A DNA stretch of 64,000 bases from Microcoleus sp. Its GTDB lineage: Bacteria; Cyanobacteriota; Cyanobacteriia; Cyanobacteriales; Microcoleaceae. A program made the position numbers and the translations under genes. The stretch lies in contig CP181291.1 in assembly GCA_052279835.1 (NCBI GenBank), forward strand, positions 448,001 through 512,000, given 5' to 3'. A model generated the notes under the pieces. The model was not told the origin of the DNA. It was given only the letters and a program-made list of their open reading frames with translations, and made no database searches. Positions 19,510-27,600 of this stretch are shown here, piece after piece (position 1 is the first letter of the stretch; every line of letters begins with the position of its first letter).

Positions 19510-21243
19510 ATGACTTGGCAAGACTCTTTTGAAAACTTAGGCTGGGGATTACGAAACCTTTTTGGGGGTGGCGAAACTATAATTGGCCCCAATGAACCTT
19601 TACCGCCTAATGATATTCATCTCAGAGACTTAAGAGATTACTCAGGAACAGCCACACTCAATGAGATTACTGATGTGCTTCAGTCGCCTGAGTCGAATTC
19701 TCACGATCGCAGAATTCTTAAACATCCAGATAGATTTGCCTCAGAACCAGTTTTAAACCTTGGTAAGTTTCAAAAAATTGCCGGAGGTAAAGTCCAGCCC
19801 ACCCAAGATGTTTGGCTGCAAGAAAAATCTATTTACAAAAATGTAGCCATTATTGGCCCCGCTGGTTCAGGCAAAACAGAAGGGTTAATCATTCCAGGAA
19901 TTAAAGCTGCTATTGATGCAGGTTTATCTAATATCGTGATTGATGTTAAAGGTGGCTCTCTAATTGACAAACTGGGAGACTATGCAGAGCAAAAAGGAGT
20001 AAGGGTCATCTATTGGAGTACGCTTCCTCAAGAAGTTGCCCGCAGTCACAGCATTAACTTACTCGACAATATTAACTCCATACAAGATGCTCAAATCTTA
20101 GCCAAATCTTTGTATGGAAATACTGATAACTTAGGAGAAAGTCAGCCTTTTGCTCTAAGAGATATTGGGTGGATGGCGCAGTGGATAATGCTGGTTAAGC
20201 AGATTTTTGGTGATGCTGCGAACCTCACGCATATTTACCGAATTGCAGAGAATCCTGTTGAAACTCTAACACAACTTTTACGGGTTTGTCAGGATGCTAG
20301 ATTACAAGCAGCGATTCAATCTCAATTAAGATTAATTCAAGACAGCGAAAACGGAGCGAATGCTTTTACTTGGGCAATTCAAGATGCGATTAACTTTTTT
20401 AACTGGCCAAACTTTGAGCAAGTCACAGGACACAGCGATATTTTACTGCGAGATATTCAGCGTCAGCCTACTTTATTAGTTATTGGTGCTGAGTTGGCTG
20501 GACGTGATGTTTCCAAAAAGATATCATCAGCACTAATTGACATTCTGATGACTATCTTCTATGAGCGATGGACTCAAAACGAAGAAAGTCAAGGAATTGT
20601 ATTTTGGATTGATGAGTTTCCCAGAATCCAACAACAGATAGATGTTGCTGAGTTTACCAGTGTGGCGCGTTCAGCCAGAGGAAGCATTGTTATTGCGGCT
20701 CAAAGTTTGGAGCAAATCACCCCAGAATATCGAGAGCAGGTGATGGAAAACTTCGATACAGTTGTTCTGTGTCGGGGTGTGGGTAATGGTGCTGCTGAGT
20801 GGTTGACTAGCCGTTTAGGAAATCGCAACCAAAATTTGAGAAGACGCCGGCATCACGAACCTAATCCAGAAGACGAAGTTCCTTGGTTGCGGACTCGTTT
20901 CGATCGAGAAAGATATGAAAATTGGCGTGAATCTGCTCCTGTACTTGATTGCAGGGAAATTCAGTATCCTGTTGGCAATCAATATGTCGCTGTCGTTCAT
21001 TCCAGAACAGCTTGTCGCAAACCTTTTTTAGTTGATTATGAGAGAGTTATAGAGCCTGAGACTGTCTGGCAACCCTCTGTCATCCCAAGAGCAAGATGGC
21101 ATCGTGTCAACCAGGAAACAAACTCTAATCCTGCATTAAGCGAACACAGGCCTGTTTGGCATAACAGAAGACAGCAACAACCCAATTCTGTGGATTCAAC
21201 CAGCTCAGAGTTAAATCAACCTCGAATTAGATGGAGAAGATAA
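19510..21243 (+). CDS. VirD4/TraG/TraD-like coupling-protein family P-loop ATPase
   Basis: Walker A GPAGSGKT, VIDVKG, SINLLD, Walker B FWIDEFP, ARSARG.IVIAAQSLEQI...MENFD; no obvious N-terminal TM helix; starts 1 nt after the JAB stop. Confidence 0.85.
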   Translation: MTWQDSFENLGWGLRNLFGGGETIIGPNEPLPPNDIHLRDLRDYSGTATLNEITDVLQSPESNSHDRRILKHPDRFASEPVLNLGKFQKIAGGKVQPTQDVWLQEKSIYKNVAIIGPAGSGKTEGLIIPGIKAAIDAGLSNIVIDVKGGSLIDKLGDYAEQKGVRVIYWSTLPQEVARSHSINLLDNINSIQDAQILAKSLYGNTDNLGESQPFALRDIGWMAQWIMLVKQIFGDAANLTHIYRIAENPVETLTQLLRVCQDARLQAAIQSQLRLIQDSENGANAFTWAIQDAINFFNWPNFEQVTGHSDILLRDIQRQPTLLVIGAELAGRDVSKKISSALIDILMTIFYERWTQNEESQGIVFWIDEFPRIQQQIDVAEFTSVARSARGSIVIAAQSLEQITPEYREQVMENFDTVVLCRGVGNGAAEWLTSRLGNRNQNLRRRRHHEPNPEDEVPWLRTRFDRERYENWRESAPVLDCREIQYPVGNQYVAVVHSRTACRKPFLVDYERVIEPETVWQPSVIPRARWHRVNQETNSNPALSEHRPVWHNRRQQQPNSVDSTSSELNQPRIRWRR

Positions 21244-21247
21244 TTTT

Positions 21248-21898
21248 ATGGTAGCAAGATTGGGGCCAGCAAATAAAGAAAAAGGTAGTTTTTTTGAACT
21301 CCTTGTAGAAGATTTACTCTGGCAAGCAGGCGTTGATATTTCCGATCGCTCAGAACGTCGTTACACCGAAGAGTTTGATAAAGATACGGAAATAGATCGT
21401 CTTATTTCCGATAGAGAAGGATGGGAATTTGCTATTTTAGAAATTAAATCTGGTCAGTTTAACGATCCGAATCAAGCGAAAAGGCTAGTTAGTTTAGCAA
21501 GCCAGGAAGGTATTAAACTTATTTTTGCAACGCCTGACGGGACAACGGCTAAGTTTAGCAATTCAGTCCTAACTGAGTTAAATAATTCACAAGTCTTTAT
21601 TATCGATCCTAATCAGATAAACGAGGCAAATCAAGTAATTACGAAAGGTGTTAATTATGGTCTTCCGCCTGGTTTATTAGAGCGAGCTAATTCATCTTTA
21701 ACAACAGACTCACCTGAATCGCCAAAAGTCAAGTGGGCAAAGCAAAATACTCAGTTAGAAACAACTGAAAATACAGCACTTGACCGACAGCAAATAAAAT
21801 GGCGGAAACAAAACGATATTACCAACTCTCAGCCTATGACTACAGAAAATAGTCCGGTGAACACCACCAAGAGAGCTACACGAAGAATGACGAGATAA
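21248..21898 (+). CDS. PD-(D/E)xK restriction-endonuclease-like protein with disordered tail
   Basis: KGSFFELLV...EIDRLI...ILEIKSG (E...D...ExK); starts 4 nt after the ATPase stop. Confidence 0.65.
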   Translation: MVARLGPANKEKGSFFELLVEDLLWQAGVDISDRSERRYTEEFDKDTEIDRLISDREGWEFAILEIKSGQFNDPNQAKRLVSLASQEGIKLIFATPDGTTAKFSNSVLTELNNSQVFIIDPNQINEANQVITKGVNYGLPPGLLERANSSLTTDSPESPKVKWAKQNTQLETTENTALDRQQIKWRKQNDITNSQPMTTENSPVNTTKRATRRMTR

Positions 21899-21935
21899 TT
21901 TTATTGTTCTACTTACTTTTATCAAAGGTTTTGCT

Positions 21936-23603
21936 ATGGAAACATTTAATGCTGATAATACAAATTGTGCTGCGGATCTACAAGGATTCCAACCGGGTGA
22001 GGAAGGGATGAAGTGTACTAGCTGCGGTGCAATTTCGAGATTAGCATCTTGGCAGGAATATAGGTATTGCCGAGGTTGCATTACTGGACGTAACGCGGTT
22101 CCTGTAGTCGCTGTATCTTCTAGTGGTAGAACATCTCCTCGTCGGATGGGTACAAGGTTGAATCCTCCAAGTGGAGTCAGATTTGGCAGTAGGACAACAG
22201 TAAATAGAGGGGAAAATACAAGCTATGATACTCCTGTCAATCAGCGTAATGAAAGCCAAAGAATAGGGATAAGCTCTTCCGCTAGCAGCGCTGGTACTCC
22301 TACCAGAAATTCCCCAAGCTCAAGATTAAATCATAGTTCAACTAATAATGAAATTCCTGGATGGTTAATAGGGGCAGGATCAATTCTGATTATGTTAACC
22401 TTAAGTGCTATTGCTTTACCTTCATTTTTAAATCAGGCAAACAAAGCCAAACAATCTGAAGCCCAACAATATGTAGCATCAATGAACAAAGGGCAACAAG
22501 CTCTATTTGCAGAAAAGACTTCTTTTGCAAGTAAAATTCCTGATTTAGGTCTTGGAATAAAATCGGAAACAGAGAATTATAAATATCAAATTCCTCAAAA
22601 GTCTAATAATTCAGTAGTTGTAGCTGTTGCTGAACCAAAAAAATCTGGTCTCAAAGGTTATGTTGGTATTGTTGCAATTGAAAAAGATAGCACTGAAACA
22701 CTTTTGTGCCAAGAATCTCAAGCTTCTACTTCTTTCCCCGATTTATCAACAATTGTCAATCAAAAATCTCCAGGCAATAATGTTGTTCAATGCCCAGCGG
22801 GTTATGAGGCTCAAGAGGGTTCTCCTCAGTCTATAAATCTAGGTTCGTCACCTAACTCAAGTCCTAAAGAAGAAGTGCGATCGCAAATTCCTTCACCTAC
22901 ACCGTCAGTTTTAGAGGAACGAGTAAACTTTGATAAAGGTAGTACACAAAAAACAATTAGTAGCAGTCTAGTAACAAATCAAACAAAGCGCTACTTGCTC
23001 TACTGTGGCAGCGGACAGCCCATGACTGTGCAAATCAAGCAGGGAGATGTTAATGTGGCAATTATTGCTCCTAACGGTCAAACAATTGGTAATGCTGTGA
23101 AGGCCGGAACCCAATGGCAAGGTCAACTGCCAAGTGATGGAGATTATATTATTGAAGTTTCTGCGCCGAATCAGTCAGACTACACACTTAATATTGAAGT
23201 ATTACCTTCCAAAAATACTCCGGCGAGTTCGACACCTGCAACAAATACTCCGGTGAGTTCGACACCTGAACAAACTCTCAATAATTATTATGAACTAACA
23301 GTCAAAGATAATAAGGCAGCCGGGAAAAAATTTACAACTGATAATTTCAGGAAAAAATACAGTTCAACAGATGCAGATAATCAAAAAACATTTGTTAGCA
23401 AATTTAATTCAATCGAAGTTATTGACACGAAGACTATGGACAAATCGCCGACTAGAGCGATAATAAGAGCTTGGTTGCGTTATTCTTTTAAAGATGCTAG
23501 AGAACAACAAGCGTGTGAATACAGAGATTTTACTCTTGTACTCAATAATAATAATTTTTTAATAGATGAGAGTGGCGAACCAACTCAAGAATCATGTCCT
23601 TAA
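21936..23603 (+). CDS. Membrane protein: degenerate RING-like N-terminus, disordered linker, TM helix, type IV pilin-like G/H domain, PPC-like domain (candidate E3)
   Basis: C11xxD...C27xxC30...SWQE...C45xxC48; TM WLIGAGSILIMLTLSAIALP; SFLNQANKAKQSEA...MNKGQQA pilin-like motif; WQGQLPSDGDYIIEV PPC-like motif. Confidence 0.75.
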   Translation: METFNADNTNCAADLQGFQPGEEGMKCTSCGAISRLASWQEYRYCRGCITGRNAVPVVAVSSSGRTSPRRMGTRLNPPSGVRFGSRTTVNRGENTSYDTPVNQRNESQRIGISSSASSAGTPTRNSPSSRLNHSSTNNEIPGWLIGAGSILIMLTLSAIALPSFLNQANKAKQSEAQQYVASMNKGQQALFAEKTSFASKIPDLGLGIKSETENYKYQIPQKSNNSVVVAVAEPKKSGLKGYVGIVAIEKDSTETLLCQESQASTSFPDLSTIVNQKSPGNNVVQCPAGYEAQEGSPQSINLGSSPNSSPKEEVRSQIPSPTPSVLEERVNFDKGSTQKTISSSLVTNQTKRYLLYCGSGQPMTVQIKQGDVNVAIIAPNGQTIGNAVKAGTQWQGQLPSDGDYIIEVSAPNQSDYTLNIEVLPSKNTPASSTPATNTPVSSTPEQTLNNYYELTVKDNKAAGKKFTTDNFRKKYSSTDADNQKTFVSKFNSIEVIDTKTMDKSPTRAIIRAWLRYSFKDAREQQACEYRDFTLVLNNNNFLIDESGEPTQESCP

Positions 23604-23633
23604 AAATCGTTCATGTTTTATGTATTCATGGAA

Positions 23634-23648
23634 GCGATCGCCCTTCCT
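23634..23648 (+). repeat. Right copy of 15-bp direct repeat GCGATCGCCCTTCCT
   Basis: 30 nt after the operon stop; identical to 15535-15549. Confidence 0.7.
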
Positions 23649-23683
23649 CCCCTTAAGCGCGATCGCCCTTAATGTCACTTCCC

Positions 23684-24052
23684 TTAATTACAGAACAAAC
23701 TCGGCTCTACATGAAAAAAACTCCCCAGAATCAATGCCAACTCTTTACCAATATCCCGATCGCCATTAACGACTTCAGACACTCTTTTTTCAGATCCCAT
23801 AACGGGCACCAAATCCGCAGGTTGTAACTCTCTTTGTTCCATCAAAAACAGGAGTATTGAAGGAGGCGTAGCTGTGGCTGCTGGTGCGTAGTATTCTTGC
23901 TCAAATTTTTCAATCAATCCAATCAGTAATTCATATAACTCATTTTCTTCAAAAGTGCGATCGCGCTGCATCAACTCTTCCACCCTAGCCAGAGCTTTCT
24001 CATTATCGGCTTCATTTCTAATTATTTTCAGCATGAGTTTCGCTGTATTCAC
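23684..24052 (-). CDS. HigA-like HTH antitoxin/transcriptional regulator (no HigB seen)
   Basis: IRNEADNEKAL...LIEKFEQEYY...LLFLMEQREL...VSEVVNGDR...FFHVEPSLF. Confidence 0.8.
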   Translation of the reverse strand: MNTAKLMLKIIRNEADNEKALARVEELMQRDRTFEENELYELLIGLIEKFEQEYYAPAATATPPSILLFLMEQRELQPADLVPVMGSEKRVSEVVNGDRDIGKELALILGSFFHVEPSLFCN

Positions 24053-24208
24053 GCACCCGTCGGTAGCTGATTATGTGCATCTACTATAGGCAATTTAAAC
24101 TGAATTTCATTTTAGCTCAACCAATTTTTTTCGTCAAGTGCGATCGCCCTTAATCTCCAAAAGTACGATCGCCCTTATTGTAACAACACAAAAAATAAAA
24201 CTACCGGC

Positions 24209-24661
24209 TCAAATATATCGCTTTAAAATTTGTTTCACACAACCGTACATCTCACTTGTCAACCCGTCTAGTTCATGCTCAATATCTTCCCAACGCCCCA
24301 ACTTACTCGTCCACTTGCCATTCGGTAATTGTCTAGCCGCGTGCGTTGGTTCCCCGTCAGGAGTCGCATATATGGCTATCTTCTCAAAACCAGATTCAAA
24401 GTCAGAACTTTCACAAGGTTCGTATCCCACCGTTTGATAAGCTTGAATAAAAGCAGCGATCGTTAGTTCGGCTGGCACACCATCAGGCCAATAATAGGGA
24501 CTGTTTGGTTCCAAAGGATTCCACCAACGATCGTCTTCACCAGCAGCCCAAGCAAAACAATTGTAAGCGCGTGTTGCTGGGCTAGTGATGCGATACCCCG
24601 TAGCAGCTAGGTGAGGAAATTCATCTTCTTTATACTGTTCCAGCTTGCCATCTATAGCCAT
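24209..24661 (-). CDS. Hypothetical protein with YNCFAWA...HAARQ...WTSKLG motifs (possible Cys-His catalytic fold)
   Basis: 150 aa ORF overlapping its upstream partner; Cys/His motif visible. Confidence 0.7.
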   Translation of the reverse strand: MAIDGKLEQYKEDEFPHLAATGYRITSPATRAYNCFAWAAGEDDRWWNPLEPNSPYYWPDGVPAELTIAAFIQAYQTVGYEPCESSDFESGFEKIAIYATPDGEPTHAARQLPNGKWTSKLGRWEDIEHELDGLTSEMYGCVKQILKRYI

Positions 24662-25001
24662 TTTCTCTCCCCCACTCTATCCACGCTTCTGCCATTTGTT
24701 TGAGCCGCCCGCGCTGTTGAGATTTAACAGGATTAGCACCTGTAATCGCTTGCAAAGCCCAAAACCAATGATCCGGTTCTTGCTCTAATTCTCGCAGAAT
24801 TAGGGGAACAACAGCTTGACCCATACCGATAATTCTTTGGTATGCTGGGTGCATTGACATTTTTGTAACTAAAGAGATCATACCTGTCTCGCGCCGCCAT
24901 TGTTCCGCCAGCTCTAAAAAAGTTTCTTCTATCTCTGCTGTCTCCCAAATCGGGTATGAGAAAGTAGCATTTAGCCCAGAAATTTGGTAGGTTCTTTCCA
25001 T
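24630..25001 (-). CDS. Hypothetical protein, partner of 24209-24661
   Basis: HPAYQRIIGMG...VPLILREL...HWFWALQAITG; overlaps the downstream gene. Confidence 0.7.
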   Translation of the reverse strand: MERTYQISGLNATFSYPIWETAEIEETFLELAEQWRRETGMISLVTKMSMHPAYQRIIGMGQAVVPLILRELEQEPDHWFWALQAITGANPVKSQQRGRLKQMAEAWIEWGRENGYRWQAGTV

Positions 25002-25061
25002 CAGGTTCTCGCCTCGCAGGTTCCTGAAAATATTATTTTTAGATTATACCATAGAGGAGCG

Positions 25062-25616
25062 ATGAAGATGAATAATTATAGCAATTTTACAATCCACCTA
25101 GAAGAACCTAATGGCGAAAAATATGCCGCTCCACCAGAGGACTCATTAGGAGAACTTTCACATTTTGAATTAGGGCTGAAACTATTTTGCTTTGAATGCG
25201 ATCGCCCTGTATCAATAGAAATCGGTGAACAACAAGTAAAAGTTTTTTTAGACCCCGATATCTGTATGCTCCTAGAAGATGAACTTCCCAAAAAAGTTAG
25301 TGAGTTATCCCAAGGGAAACCCATCAAAATAGAATTTGTTGAAAGTGTTTGTCTTACTCTTGAATTGCAGCCCTTAACCAACGATAAAATTAGCTGTAAT
25401 TTCAAAGAATTTGGATATTTATCTCCAAACCAGTTTACCCTAAAATCCAGAAATCAACACTTTGAACTGAATAAAACTCAAGTTATAACTGAGTTAAAGG
25501 GATTTGTCGAACCACTCATGGAAATGGCTGTAAATGGCGGCTATATCACCCCGGTCGAAAAGCAAGAATTCCTGATGCCACTCCGCGAAATTGCGCCTGC
25601 TTCGGCTATTTGTTAG
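25062..25616 (+). CDS. Hypothetical protein
   Basis: GAGGAG RBS just before ATG 25062; the track start at 24984 overlaps the opposite gene. Confidence 0.6.
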   Translation: MKMNNYSNFTIHLEEPNGEKYAAPPEDSLGELSHFELGLKLFCFECDRPVSIEIGEQQVKVFLDPDICMLLEDELPKKVSELSQGKPIKIEFVESVCLTLELQPLTNDKISCNFKEFGYLSPNQFTLKSRNQHFELNKTQVITELKGFVEPLMEMAVNGGYITPVEKQEFLMPLREIAPASAIC

Positions 25617-25651
25617 TTAAGTGCGATCGCCCTTATTTTACCCCTGCGTTT

Positions 25652-26215
25652 CTATTCCCACAACCAGCCAAACAATTCACCGACAGAAAGGGTAAGTTCC
25701 CTGGCAAATTCGGGAACTAAAATCAGTTGTTCTGGTTCGTCAAATGCGACGGGAGGGTGTTGCGCTCGAAATACAAAAACCGTCTGTTCTTTGGGGTCAA
25801 TTAACCACCCCATTTCTGTTGCGTGTTTCAAGCAATGCAATATCTTTTTGATGAGTTTAGTTTGACTTTGATCTGGAGATAAAATTTCAATTATCCAATC
25901 CGGTGCGAGTTCAAACCGATTTGCTACACCACCATTTTCTTGACGCGGAATTCTCTCCCACACAAATACAGAAACATCGGGAACGATCGATCGACCTCCA
26001 AAGGTACAACGCAACTCTGGAAAAGCCCGTGCAATCTTATTGGGCTTCAGGGTTGCGTTAGCAGTTGTCACCATTTCACCTTGAATTGCGCTGTGTTCTC
26101 CTTGTGGCATAGGCTTTTGAATAATTTGACCTTCGATGTACTCGCTAGCCGGTTTCGTTTCAGGTTTCACGAGAAACTCGTTTAGGGTTAAGGATTTAGA
26201 TGGAGTTTGTACCAT
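25652..26215 (-). CDS. Uma2 family endonuclease
   Basis: PETKPASEYIEG, ELRCTFGGRSIVPD, PDWIIEILSP, GWLIDP. Confidence 0.9.
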   Translation of the reverse strand: MVQTPSKSLTLNEFLVKPETKPASEYIEGQIIQKPMPQGEHSAIQGEMVTTANATLKPNKIARAFPELRCTFGGRSIVPDVSVFVWERIPRQENGGVANRFELAPDWIIEILSPDQSQTKLIKKILHCLKHATEMGWLIDPKEQTVFVFRAQHPPVAFDEPEQLILVPEFARELTLSVGELFGWLWE

Positions 26216-26432
26216 GTTGGATTCCCAAACGCGGATGTCTTTTATCTTAATTTTAGCGGGGGTGGTATCGCAATAGGTAAAGAGTTTTATCAGAGCATCG
26301 AAAATTATAGATTTTTATGCAATCTTATGGTAATAGGTGACAAAAATCAGCCGTGTTGAAGCTATAGATAACCCGATCGCCCTTAATCTCCAAAAGTGCG
26401 ATCGCCCTTGATGTCTAAAAGTGCGATCGCCC

Positions 26433-26984
26433 TTAATCTCCCGTCATTTCCCGTGCTAATAACTTCTGTAACAACGGCACTAATATCAATTTTTTATGAA
26501 GCCCCGTAGAATCTGATCCCCCCTAGCCCCCCTTAATAAGGGGGGGACAAGATGCTTCTCTTTCGTCCCCCTTCCCCCATCCCCCCTTGGGGGGGGCAGG
26601 GGGGGGTGGGGGGGCTAGGGGGGGGTGGGGATGCGAGGGGGATCGAGATCTGTGCAACGACCCATTAAATTGGTATAAAGGAGGTAAATGATTTTAAATC
26701 GTATTCCAGACTAATCTGTGATTTACTTGAAAATATTCGTGAGCCATCACATTTCTCATATCACCCATCAAACGCCAAGGAATCTGCGGATAACGAGACT
26801 TAATTCCATCATTGACATTAACAGAAGCTTCACCAATAATAATCAAGTTATAAAGAATCCCTTGCAAGATAATTTTTTCAATTTTCCGGAAATCTTCAAA
26901 ACTCATCCCAGCAGTAGAAGCCTGAATGTCAGCGATCGCATTCACAATATCCTCAACTCGCAGCCACCACTCTCTAGAAGGCAC
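26433..26984 (-). pseudogene. HepT/DUF86 HEPN toxin disrupted by a premature stop and a MITE
   Basis: IIGEA...IPW...MRNVMAHEYF (RxxxxH); TAA at 26694-26696; frame resumes NHLPPL, then insertion, then VPLLQKLLAREMTGD stop. Confidence 0.8.
26484..26675. mobile_element. 192-bp MITE inserted in the HepT gene
   Basis: Termini TATCAATTT / AAATTGGTA, flanked by TAA direct repeats (26481-26483, 26676-26678); excision restores the reading frame. Confidence 0.8.
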
Positions 26985-27264
26985 GAATCGCCTCCTTGAG
27001 TACAGGTTCCCGCAAATGTTCCCTCAAAGCATCCTCCGTTCCTAAATCTACAGCACACCCTAGTATATCTTCTAAATAGTGCTGCACCCGAAACAAGTCA
27101 AATAAACTTGCTTCTATCGAAAAATCTACTAAAAAGTCTACATCACTATCTGATCGCGCTTCATCCCGCGCCACCGAACCAAACAAATCTAAAGACTTTA
27201 CCCCCAAGGCTTTTAATCTTTCCTGGTTTGCTGCTAAAATTGCCAGTACATCTGCTCGTTTCAT
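26974..27264 (-). CDS. Minimal nucleotidyltransferase (MNT) antitoxin
   Basis: LFGSVARDEA..DSDVDFLV motif; overlaps the HepT start. Confidence 0.88.
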   Translation of the reverse strand: MKRADVLAILAANQERLKALGVKSLDLFGSVARDEARSDSDVDFLVDFSIEASLFDLFRVQHYLEDILGCAVDLGTEDALREHLREPVLKEAIRAF

Positions 27265-27600
27265 AATTAGTTCTCCCGACCCTTTCGCTATGGAATACGT
27301 CCTCAAAAAGAATGCTGAACTTTACCAAAAGCTCGCATAATACGCTATCTCACTTTAACAGAAGTCTTAGAACTTTATCAGCAGATTAGTAAACTTTTAC
27401 TCGGAATGATTTAACCGCAGAGGACACAGAGAACGCAGAGTAAGAGAAGAGAGATGGCAATAATTCTGATGATACCGAATTTGGTATAATATCGATTTTC
27501 TAGGTGTATCGGTATTGTATGATGTTAAATGTTATAGGGGCGGGTTTACTAAGAATAATTGCCAAGAATCTACAATCTCCTAAACCCGCCCCCGCCTATA

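Noticed and set aside
19510..23603. Conjugative element or type IV pilus locus
   Set aside because: No relaxase, VirB, integrase or pilus assembly genes; the pilin-like domain is internal and has no N-terminal prepilin cleavage motif.
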